Notes under the pieces: generated by a model
Databases searched by the model: none
The model's input: the letters and a program-made list of their open reading frames with translations, nothing else
What the model was told of the DNA's origin: nothing
Shown: piece by piece, positions 11,973-19,174 of the stretch
Numbering within the stretch: the first letter of the stretch is position 1
Layout of the letters: every line of letters begins with the position of its first letter
Translations under genes and position numbers: made by a program
Source of the DNA: Candidatus Tepidifontimicrobium thermophilum
Lineage (GTDB): Bacteria > Sysuimicrobiota > Sysuimicrobiia > Sysuimicrobiales > Sysuimicrobiaceae
Assembly: GCA_031459915.1 (NCBI GenBank)
Contig: JAVKHO010000029.1
Coordinates: 1-19,174 of the forward strand
Direction of reading: 5' to 3'
Length of the DNA stretch: 19,174 nt

Positions 11973-12871
11973 GGCTCCACCCGCAGCCTGCCGAGCAGGG
12001 TGATGGACTTCCGGGCCCCGCGGTCGCCTGCAATCCCCTGCCACACCGCGAAAGCCACGGCGTACGTCCCGCCCGGCGTGAGGGTGATCTCCCTGGCGTC
12101 CGCGGCGCGCAGGGGCTTGCTCAGGACCACCCGCCACCGCCCGTCCTTCCACACCCCCTTGCCCGTGGCGTTCTGGGTCGGTAGCTGCTCCAAAGTCCCG
12201 GCGCCTTGGGCCACCAGCTTCTCCACGGGGCTTGTCTTGCGGGGCTGGGAGAGGGGATTCCCCGCGTACCAGCCGGGCAGCCACCTGCGGGCCTCCCGCG
12301 GATAGGCTTCCGGAAGCTTCGGCGGGTGCTGGGCGCCCACCAGCGGCGGGTAGAAGTCGAAGGCAAGGTTGGGGAAGGCGGCCTCCACGTCCTGGAACCC
12401 TTGGTCCAGGTCCAGCTGCCAGTCCGCCCGCCAGTGCAGCACCGTCACGGGCATCTTGGGGGTCCCCATCATCCACTCCGTGGCGCCCGCGCCCTGCGGC
12501 AGCAGCATGACCCCGCAACCGTCCTTGAACTCCCGCGTCTTGACCGTACGCCGGTCCGCGCGAGGATCGTCCCACTCCAGGAGGAACGCCACCCGTTCGC
12601 CGTCGTGACAGGACCGCACCCGCACGGACCGGACGGACGGCCGCATCTTCGTGGGCAGCACCATAGCCTGTCCGATGAGGGCTATTTCAGCCGGCGGCAC
12701 GCGCGCCCACACCGCCGCTTCGGGCTCCGCGGGCAGGGGGGAGGGCACCCGCACCGCCCGCACGTCCGGCTGCTGGGACGGCTGGGCTTGCGCCACCGCG
12801 GGCAGTGCCGCCGTCCCCAGGGCCGCGAGTCCCGCAAGGGCCTGGCGTCGGGTGATCTTCTGGGCTGCCAT
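11969..12871 (-). CDS. Heme b gamma subunit (EbdC/NxrC-like, EB_dh DOMON-type domain) with a Tat signal
   Basis: N-terminal TRRQAL, hydrophobic stretch and AQA; FLLEWDD, FKDGCGVM, WMMG (candidate Met ligand), HWRADWQ, VAFAVWQG...RGARKS (candidate Lys ligand). Confidence 0.85.
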   Translation of the reverse strand: MAAQKITRRQALAGLAALGTAALPAVAQAQPSQQPDVRAVRVPSPLPAEPEAAVWARVPPAEIALIGQAMVLPTKMRPSVRSVRVRSCHDGERVAFLLEWDDPRADRRTVKTREFKDGCGVMLLPQGAGATEWMMGTPKMPVTVLHWRADWQLDLDQGFQDVEAAFPNLAFDFYPPLVGAQHPPKLPEAYPREARRWLPGWYAGNPLSQPRKTSPVEKLVAQGAGTLEQLPTQNATGKGVWKDGRWRVVLSKPLRAADAREITLTPGGTYAVAFAVWQGIAGDRGARKSITLLGRLRVEP

Positions 12872-12879
12872 ACCTCACC

Positions 12880-14019
12880 TCACGTGACGTTGTGCCGGTA
12901 GGCCCGGTGCTGCGGGTCGTACGCGGGTCGCACCATGGTGGGCTCCTGGAGCGGCACCCGCACCACCTCCTCCCCGCGCTCGTCGTAGCCGTAGGCTTGA
13001 CCCCGTCTCACCTGGAAGCGGTGCACGATGCGGTCCGTGGACACCGCCAGCAGCAGCACGCCCAGGAGCTCGTCGTCCTTGCCCTCCATGGCCCGCCGGT
13101 ACGCGGCGACGGCGGGCTCCACCCCGGGCCCGAAGAGCATCTGCAGGAAGCGTACGTTTCCTACGTGCACGGGCGGGATGTAGTAGACGTTGGCCTCCAG
13201 ACCCAACTGCGGCAGCAGGGGCAGGGCCACCTTCCGCACGTGGACGAGGAAGTCCACCGGGTTGTCCGCCCTCGCCCGGTCCGGGGTGCTCACGAACCCG
13301 AAGGTGCGGATCTTGCCGATGCAGTTTCGCATGCAGCGGGGCTGGATCCCGCGCTCCACCGCGGGGAAGCACAGCACGCACTTCTCCGAAACCCGGGTGG
13401 TGTGGTTGTAGAAGACCTTCTTGAACGGGCAGTTCTTCACGCACTCCCGGTACCCCCGGCACCGCTGCTGGTCCAGCAGCACGATGCCGTCCTCCGGCCG
13501 CTTGTAGATGGCCGTCCGCGGGCAGCTGGCCAGGCAGGCGGGGTACGTGCAGTGGTTGCAGATCCGGGGCAGGTAGAAGAACCACGCGTCGTGCGGCAGC
13601 CGCAGGTAGAAGCGCTCCTCCGTGATGGGGACGTTGGTCTCGTCCTCCCCCCGGTTGGGATACGCGTAGTCCAGGTCCTCGGGCAGGTAGCCCACCGCGC
13701 GCTCGCCGCCGGGTGCGGCCTCAAACAGGGTCCGACCCCGGTATACGTTCCCCTCCCACGCCTGAGGCCCCAGCATCTCGAGAACCCGGACGTCCCAGGC
13801 GAGGGGGTAGGAGCCCCAGGGCTTGGTCTCCACGTTGTTCCAGAACATGTACTCCTGCCCTTTGCCGGAGGTCCACGTGGTCTTGCAGGCCATGGTGCAG
13901 GTCTGGCAGGCGATGCACTTGTTGGTGTCGAACACCGCCGCCGCCTGCCGGTGGGGCCGCCGGCCCTCGAAGGGGTAGTCCATCTCACGGCCGATCTGCC
14001 AGTTGTACACCTTCGGCAT
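12880..14019 (-). CDS. Fe-S beta subunit of a type II DMSO-reductase-family enzyme, NxrB-like
   Basis: MPKVYNWQIGREMDYP...GQEYMFWNNVETKP resembles periplasmic-type NxrB. Four Cys groups: CIACQTCTMAC, CNHCTYPACLASC, CRGYRECVKNC (3Fe-4S type) and CVLC...CMRNC. Confidence 0.92.
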   Translation of the reverse strand: MPKVYNWQIGREMDYPFEGRRPHRQAAAVFDTNKCIACQTCTMACKTTWTSGKGQEYMFWNNVETKPWGSYPLAWDVRVLEMLGPQAWEGNVYRGRTLFEAAPGGERAVGYLPEDLDYAYPNRGEDETNVPITEERFYLRLPHDAWFFYLPRICNHCTYPACLASCPRTAIYKRPEDGIVLLDQQRCRGYRECVKNCPFKKVFYNHTTRVSEKCVLCFPAVERGIQPRCMRNCIGKIRTFGFVSTPDRARADNPVDFLVHVRKVALPLLPQLGLEANVYYIPPVHVGNVRFLQMLFGPGVEPAVAAYRRAMEGKDDELLGVLLLAVSTDRIVHRFQVRRGQAYGYDERGEEVVRVPLQEPTMVRPAYDPQHRAYRHNVT

Positions 14020-14022
14020 GGC

Positions 14023-17000
14023 CTACCTCCGCTTCACGGTGATGAACTGGCCCGCCAGGTACCGGCGCACGGCTTCCGACTCCCGGCCGGGCCGGAACCT
14101 CTGGGCCGCGGGTGCCCACAGGCCCTTGCCGTCCTCGCCGCCGGGCTCGGCCCGCCGGATCCGCACGTAGCTCTCCTTCGGCGCGCCCACGGTGCAGTGG
14201 ACGTCGAGCGCGAACCCGGTGCCCAGCAGCTGGCCGATGGGGTCCTTGCGGACCAGGCTATCGGTCTGCAGGGTGGGCCGCAGCCAGGCACGGGTGACGG
14301 ACTGGTGGCTCCCGTACCGGTAGGCGGCCTGGTAGTTGGTCCTCGGGTTCTTGGCGAGCCCGTCGGGCCGCTTCTCGTGCCCCTCCACGCTGCCGTGGGT
14401 AGCGATGTAGAAGTGGAACCACGCCCGGCCGGTCCCCTTCATGATGCTGGGGTAGTAGCGGGCCCGCACCAGCCACCGGAAGATGCGCCGCTCCTCGGGC
14501 TTGCGCTCGTGCCCCACGAAGGGCCGGTCCTGCGGGTCCGCCTCGCACCACACGTAGTCGCCGTCCGCGATGCCGAGCCGCCTCGCGTCCTCGGGGTTCA
14601 GGTCGATGTACCCCTCACTGACCCACGGCTTGCGGCGGTCGTGACGGTAGAAGTCGCCGAACGGGCCCCAGAACACCACGTCGAGGTCCGTGCTGGCGCC
14701 CGTGGAGTGACACGCGTGTCGGTACTTGGGGGTGATCAGGACGTGCGTGTATCCGAGCTTGCGCAGGGGGTGGCGGCTCGAAGCCACCTCCTCGGGGCTG
14801 CGCACCACGTTGCGGACCTGGCGGACCTCCGTGCGCAGGTCGTCGGGCCGCAGGCCGTAGGCCTCCGGCGGCGCCGGCCGGAGGGCGGGGTGGGGCTTGG
14901 CCACGATCACGTTGGGTTCGTGGTGGGTGCCGTCCACGGGCTCCCGGTGGACCGGCAGGTTCTCCCCGTACTCGATGAACTCGTCCTCCTCCCGGTAGAA
15001 CTCCAGCCGGCCCGTCTTCGTGTACCAGGGTTTGCTCTCCTGGGTCTGCTCCCAGCCCACCACCTTGGGGCTCGTGCGGGTGAGCAGGTACAGCGGGGTG
15101 CCGTTCCGGCAGCTCTCCAGGAGCTGCTGGAAGCTGTAGCCGCGGGTGGTGTTGCCGGCCCGGAAGGCGCGCTCGATGTACACTTCCGGCTTGCCCTCGA
15201 GGACGAAGTGCCAGTAGTCCCGGAAGCGTCGGTCCCCGGTGAGCTCCGCCAGTTTCGCCGCCACGCCGGCCCAGCACTGCAGGTCGTCTCGGGTGTCGAA
15301 GATGCGGGGAAGCGGTGAGGGCGGCCAGGCCTGCAGGAAGGGGTTCGTGACCGACCCGTACACGTCCGGCAGCTTGCGCTCGGCCCAGCTGTCCACCGCG
15401 AACACCACGTCCGCGTACTCGCAGGTGGCGGTCCAGAACCAGTCCGCCACCACCAGCATCTCGATCTTCGGGAGGGTGTTCACGATGACGTTGTGGGCCC
15501 ACTTGGCATTCCCCAGGATGGAGTTCGACAGGGCCCACATGGCTGACTTGGTGGGGGTGGGCATGTGGGTCTTGCCGGTGAACTGCTTGCGGCCCACCCG
15601 CAGGGGCCGGTCGTCGTAGTTGAAGTAGTGGGCTGATTCCCCCTTCACGTAGGCACGGGTGCGGGCGGGCCGGCTGGGGTCCAGCTCTGGATGGAAGGGG
15701 TCCTCGTTGATGTACTGCACGATGCCGGGCAGCAGCGCCAGCCGGTAGTTCCCCGCGTAGCTGCCCACCGTGCCCCCGAAGTGCCCGATGTTGTTCGTCA
15801 GGGCCGCGACCAGGATGATGGCCCGGTCCTTCAGGTCGTTGTTGAAGAAGTGGTTGGGCCCCATTCCGGTGACGAACAGGGTCCTGGTCTTGTTCTGCGC
15901 GATCTGGCGCGCGAGGCTCACCACCGCCTCCGGCGGGGCTCCCGTGACCCGGTGGGTGTTCTCCGGGGTCCACGTGTCCACCAGGTACTGCTTCAGCAGG
16001 TCGAACACCGGGCGTACGGCGACCCGCCTGCCGTCCCGCAGGGTGACCTGGAACTCGCCCTCGAGGGCGGGGTCGAGGCCCGTGGCCGCGAAGTGACGGC
16101 CCACCTGGTCCCGCGTTACCGCCTTCGGCGAGTTGCTGTTCCGGTCCCACACCACGAAGTCGTCCCACTCCTCCCGCAGGGCCCGGGGGACCAACTGGGC
16201 GTCCTGTTCCGCCGGAGGAGGGACGGGCTGGCCCGGCTCCAGGACCCGGGTGGCGTTCCGCAGGGGCGCGGGCCTGTAGTTCGGGAACACGTCCCGGGCG
16301 CGCAGCTCCTTGAGGGTGTCCATGCGCACCAGCAGGGGCAGGTCGGTGAACTGCTTGACGAAGGCTTCGTCATAGAGCCGTTCCCGAACGAGGACGTGGG
16401 CCAGGCCCAAGGCCAAGGCTGCGTCCGTCCCCGGCCGGATGACGATCACCTCGTCCGCCTTGGAGCTGGTGGACTGGTACTCCGGGGCGATGGTCACCAC
16501 CCGCGCGCCGTGCAGCTTGGCTTCTGTGAGCCAGTGGCCGTCCGGCATCTTGGTGGCGATCCAGTTCTTGCCCCACAGGGTGATGAGGCGCGCGTTCTCC
16601 GCGGTGTACAGGTCGAAGTCCAAGGTCTGCTGGCCGGTGACCATGGGGTGGCCCGGAGGCAGGTCCGTGTGCCAGGAGTAGCTGTCCCAGTGCCGGCCGC
16701 CTTTCGCCTCCTCGGGCTCCACCCTGCGCACGTGGGCGTCCAGCAGGGCCATCATGTTGGCCATGCGGTAGAGCCCCCCGACCCGGAACGGCGCGATGAA
16801 GGGCATCCCGCCGCGGAACTTGAGGGTGCGGGTGCCAGCTCCCTCCATGGCCTCCACCATGTCGGGGTCGTAGCCCTGACGCAGGAGCCGCCGCTTGCCC
16901 AGTTCTCCGGAGTAGGTCTGTGCGATGTTCACAAGCGCCTTCGCCACGTACGCGAACGCCTCGTCCCAGCTCACCCGGACGAACTCCTCTTTCCCGCGGC

Positions 17001-17511
17001 CTTCGAAGTACCGGGCCGGTGGCCGGCCGGTCTCCGGGTCGCGGGGGAACCCCGCGTCCACCCACTCCTTGAACCCCTTGCGGACCATGGGCCCCTTGAC
17101 GCGGCGGTCGGAGTAGAAGCGGCGGACGTACGCGAGCCCGCTGATGCAGATGCGCGGGTCCCACCGGGCCGAGGCCTGGTTGCCGTACAGGTCCGTGGCC
17201 TTGCCATAGCCGAAGCTGGGGTCCGCGTACACCACGACACCGTTCTTCACGCTGGCGCGGAGCAGGCACCCGTGAGTGTCGTTGGGCGCGCACAGGTAGT
17301 GGAAGGTGAAGTCGGGCGTGTACAGCTCGCGGTAGACCTTCTCCCAGTCGCGGTTGGGGTACCGCTGCAGCGGGTTCAGGCCCGGCTCCAGGGGCTGGAG
17401 CACCGCGAGGCTCAGGAGTTCCTCGGGAAGTTCCAGACCTCCCAGGGCGGTGGCCGCGGCAGGCAGGGCAGCGAGAAACTCGCGGCGGGTCAGGCGGAAA
17501 GTCGGATCCAA
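14023..17511 (-). CDS. Mo-bisPGD catalytic alpha subunit, type II DMSO reductase family, periplasmic NxrA/pNar-like (1162 aa)
   Basis: TTG start after SD GGAGGAGGT; Tat motif TRREFL; NPLQRYPNRDWEKVY; FS0 motif CAPNDTHGC-x39-C; Mo-ligand region SWHTDLPPGHP; WYTKTGRLEFY; TPKYRH. Confidence 0.93.
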   Translation of the reverse strand: MDPTFRLTRREFLAALPAAATALGGLELPEELLSLAVLQPLEPGLNPLQRYPNRDWEKVYRELYTPDFTFHYLCAPNDTHGCLLRASVKNGVVVYADPSFGYGKATDLYGNQASARWDPRICISGLAYVRRFYSDRRVKGPMVRKGFKEWVDAGFPRDPETGRPPARYFEGRGKEEFVRVSWDEAFAYVAKALVNIAQTYSGELGKRRLLRQGYDPDMVEAMEGAGTRTLKFRGGMPFIAPFRVGGLYRMANMMALLDAHVRRVEPEEAKGGRHWDSYSWHTDLPPGHPMVTGQQTLDFDLYTAENARLITLWGKNWIATKMPDGHWLTEAKLHGARVVTIAPEYQSTSSKADEVIVIRPGTDAALALGLAHVLVRERLYDEAFVKQFTDLPLLVRMDTLKELRARDVFPNYRPAPLRNATRVLEPGQPVPPPAEQDAQLVPRALREEWDDFVVWDRNSNSPKAVTRDQVGRHFAATGLDPALEGEFQVTLRDGRRVAVRPVFDLLKQYLVDTWTPENTHRVTGAPPEAVVSLARQIAQNKTRTLFVTGMGPNHFFNNDLKDRAIILVAALTNNIGHFGGTVGSYAGNYRLALLPGIVQYINEDPFHPELDPSRPARTRAYVKGESAHYFNYDDRPLRVGRKQFTGKTHMPTPTKSAMWALSNSILGNAKWAHNVIVNTLPKIEMLVVADWFWTATCEYADVVFAVDSWAERKLPDVYGSVTNPFLQAWPPSPLPRIFDTRDDLQCWAGVAAKLAELTGDRRFRDYWHFVLEGKPEVYIERAFRAGNTTRGYSFQQLLESCRNGTPLYLLTRTSPKVVGWEQTQESKPWYTKTGRLEFYREEDEFIEYGENLPVHREPVDGTHHEPNVIVAKPHPALRPAPPEAYGLRPDDLRTEVRQVRNVVRSPEEVASSRHPLRKLGYTHVLITPKYRHACHSTGASTDLDVVFWGPFGDFYRHDRRKPWVSEGYIDLNPEDARRLGIADGDYVWCEADPQDRPFVGHERKPEERRIFRWLVRARYYPSIMKGTGRAWFHFYIATHGSVEGHEKRPDGLAKNPRTNYQAAYRYGSHQSVTRAWLRPTLQTDSLVRKDPIGQLLGTGFALDVHCTVGAPKESYVRIRRAEPGGEDGKGLWAPAAQRFRPGRESEAVRRYLAGQFITVKRR

Positions 17512-17537
17512 GCGATCCACCTCCTCCCAGTAGCCCG

Positions 17538-17583
17538 AAAAACGCGACGGGCAGCGCGCCCGCGCCGTGCGGGTGCGCTGCCC
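17538..17583 (-). terminator. Terminator-like hairpin just upstream of the alpha-subunit RBS
   Basis: The minus strand reads GGGCAGCGCACCCGC-ACGGC-GCGGGCGCGCTGCCC (15-bp stem, one mismatch) followed by GTCGCGTTTTT. Confidence 0.6.
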
Positions 17584-17708
17584 TCTTGGGTCAGGCGGAC
17601 CCTTCAGGTCCCCGATGTCTACTGGTAAGCGCAGAACAGGCGGGCGCCAATCGGGCGGGCAACCGATGACCTCGGTCCAGAGGCCGGACGTTCCGGAGGC
17701 GTTGCGTT

Positions 17709-18809
17709 TCAGAGGACGCCCCGCGCGACCAGGGAGGAGGCGGCGCGGAGTCCCGTCCGGGCACCTGCGTACAGTCCTGCGGCGTACAGCCAGCCCTCCA
17801 CCCGCAGGGTGGCCACGGTGCTCCAGAAGCCGGAGACGTTGCAGCCCACCGCCACCCACACCGCCACGCCCATCACAACGCCCCCCGCAAACCCCACGGC
17901 GGCGTCCCGCAGCCGCCAGGGACGGAAGCCCACGAACTCTCCGCTCAACAGGGCCGCGGTGAGGCTGCCGAGGATCAGGCCCGCGTCCAGGTGGAAGCCG
18001 GGGTCCAGGGCGGGCAGGCGGGCTCCCCAGAACTGGGTCCAGCTCAACCGGTCGGTAGTAGCCCCCACAGCCTGCGCGGCCCACAGGGAGAACCGGGCGA
18101 GAGGCAGCTGGATCCCCAGGGCGGAGTGGTAGGCGAACTGCACGGTGAACAGGACAGCGACAACTACGCCTCCCAGCCAGGCCGGCCACGGAGCGCGCAG
18201 CAGGGAAGGTGCTGGAGCTGCAGCCGCCAGGACAGGTTCAGGGTGCGGGGGCCTGAGGCGCCAGTACAGGACCGCCAGCGCCGCGAGGTTCAGGGCGGTG
18301 GCGGGCCACAGGCCGACTGCCTCCGGCAGGGAAAACCGCAGGCCCCAGTTCATCAGGCGTTCTGTGACCGGCCAGGCGTAGGCGGCTCCCAGTCCGTTCC
18401 CCACGAGGATGCCCAGGAAGGCGGCCAGGGACTTGGGCTGGCCGGTACCTAAGCGGTACAGGGTGCCGGTCATGCACCCACCCGCAAAGGGCATGGCGAA
18501 CCCGAACAGGAAGGACCCCAGCAGGGTGTGCCACCCGAAGGGCAGGCGGGGCGGGCGGTTCCACCCCAGCTCCACCACCGCCGCGGAGCCCACGCTGGCC
18601 AAGGCCAGCCCCAACAGGATGCCCCGCAGCAGGACCCGGTTGCCGTAAAAAGCCGAGGCGAAGCACAGGCGGCTGCGCTGGAACGCAAACCCGTACGCCA
18701 GGCCCAACACCAGCAGCACCGCCGCGGAGCGCAGCTGCAGGCTCCACGCCACCGCGGCGGTGGCGGCGGAGGTCAGCAGGACCGCCAGGGCTACCGCCGG
18801 CTGGCTCAC
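17709..18809 (-). CDS. YeeE/YedE-family membrane protein (thiosulfate/sulfur-compound transporter family)
   Basis: Multi-TM protein with the three family Cys motifs GFAFQRSRLCFASAF, FAGGCMTGTLYRLG and AVGCNVSGF. GTG start overlaps the upstream stop. Confidence 0.88.
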   Translation of the reverse strand: MSQPAVALAVLLTSAATAAVAWSLQLRSAAVLLVLGLAYGFAFQRSRLCFASAFYGNRVLLRGILLGLALASVGSAAVVELGWNRPPRLPFGWHTLLGSFLFGFAMPFAGGCMTGTLYRLGTGQPKSLAAFLGILVGNGLGAAYAWPVTERLMNWGLRFSLPEAVGLWPATALNLAALAVLYWRLRPPHPEPVLAAAAPAPSLLRAPWPAWLGGVVVAVLFTVQFAYHSALGIQLPLARFSLWAAQAVGATTDRLSWTQFWGARLPALDPGFHLDAGLILGSLTAALLSGEFVGFRPWRLRDAAVGFAGGVVMGVAVWVAVGCNVSGFWSTVATLRVEGWLYAAGLYAGARTGLRAASSLVARGVL

Positions 18810-19174
18810 TCGACGATGAACTCCCCGAACATGGTGGCGTCGTGGCCGGGCACCGTGCACACGTAGCGGTACCGGCCGGGTTGCGTGGGGGTGAAGACCA
18901 TGGTCTCCCGCTGGCCGGGCCCCAGCAGCCCGGTGGTGGCCCGTGGGAACACGGGCTCAAGATAGGGAGGCCGCTCATCCGCTCCCACGATACGGATGTC
19001 ATGTGCCACCTGGTCGCGGTTCTCGAAGGTCAGATACACCCGCTGGCCCGCCCGCACCCGCAGCACGGGTCCTGGCACGCGGCCACCGAACTTGTTACCA
19101 CGTTCTGCCGTCATCTGCAGCTGGACGGGCTGCCGTGCGGGCTGCGCCGGCGCGACACGATCCCGCGACCGGGA
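18806..19174 (-). CDS. Cupredoxin (type 1 blue copper) domain protein, 5' end outside the window
   Basis: VPGPVLRVRAGQRVYLTFEN, AHD (His ligand), YVCTVPGHDATMFG (C-x4-H-x3-M). The frame is open without a stop up to 19174. Confidence 0.85.
   Translation of the reverse strand, partial: SRSRDRVAPAQPARQPVQLQMTAERGNKFGGRVPGPVLRVRAGQRVYLTFENRDQVAHDIRIVGADERPPYLEPVFPRATTGLLGPGQRETMVFTPTQPGRYRYVCTVPGHDATMFGEFIVE

Noticed and set aside
11973..12575. N-terminal half of the 409-aa ORF 11346..12575
   Set aside because: It is a frame shadow of the gamma-subunit gene; the chaperone starts at GTG 11972.
14023..17511. Assigning gene symbols nxrA or narG
   Set aside because: The family is clear, but substrate and direction need phylogeny and assay. 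The Tat signal, Asp-type FS0 motif and absence of NarI exclude canonical cytoplasmic NarGHI.
17512..17708. Moco riboswitch or FNR box upstream of the molybdoenzyme
   Set aside because: No TTGAT-N4-ATCAA site and no convincing match to the Moco RNA motif by eye; an Infernal search is needed to exclude it.
17512..18189. 226-codon N-terminal extension of the alpha subunit in the ORF track (1388 aa)
   Set aside because: It overlaps yeeE in another frame and has low-complexity sequence. The SD, TTG and Tat motif place the start at 17511.
18806..19174. Copper nitrite reductase NirK or a multicopper oxidase
   Set aside because: The GPVLRV motif resembles NirK domain 1, but the protein ends right after the type 1 Cu loop with no second domain or type 2/3 His motifs. 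The unseen N-terminus leaves some uncertainty.

Overview
GC-rich bacterial DNA, probably from a thermophilic Terrabacteria-type organism (inferred from gene content only). The window starts with the 3' end and right inverted repeat of an IS256-family element (1-204). A sigma70-like promoter, a short uORF and a terminator-like hairpin precede a tightly packed 11-gene + strand run (699-10255): pyrG, ilvE, a NUDIX hydrolase, xerD, deoB, a purine nucleoside phosphorylase, an inserted HEPN-MNT pair, pdp, a stand-alone Pnkp-type kinase and a 3-hydroxyacyl-CoA dehydrogenase. Next comes a PD-(D/E)XK nuclease-like gene with 54-bp coiled-coil tandem repeats. On the - strand, converging on it, is a redox cluster: cupredoxin (partial), YeeE/YedE transporter, a structured leader, then alpha, beta, gamma and chaperone genes of a Tat-exported type II DMSO-reductase-family molybdoenzyme. 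Its alpha and beta subunits resemble periplasmic nitrite oxidoreductases (Nitrospira/anammox-like NXR). This cluster is the most interesting system in the window.
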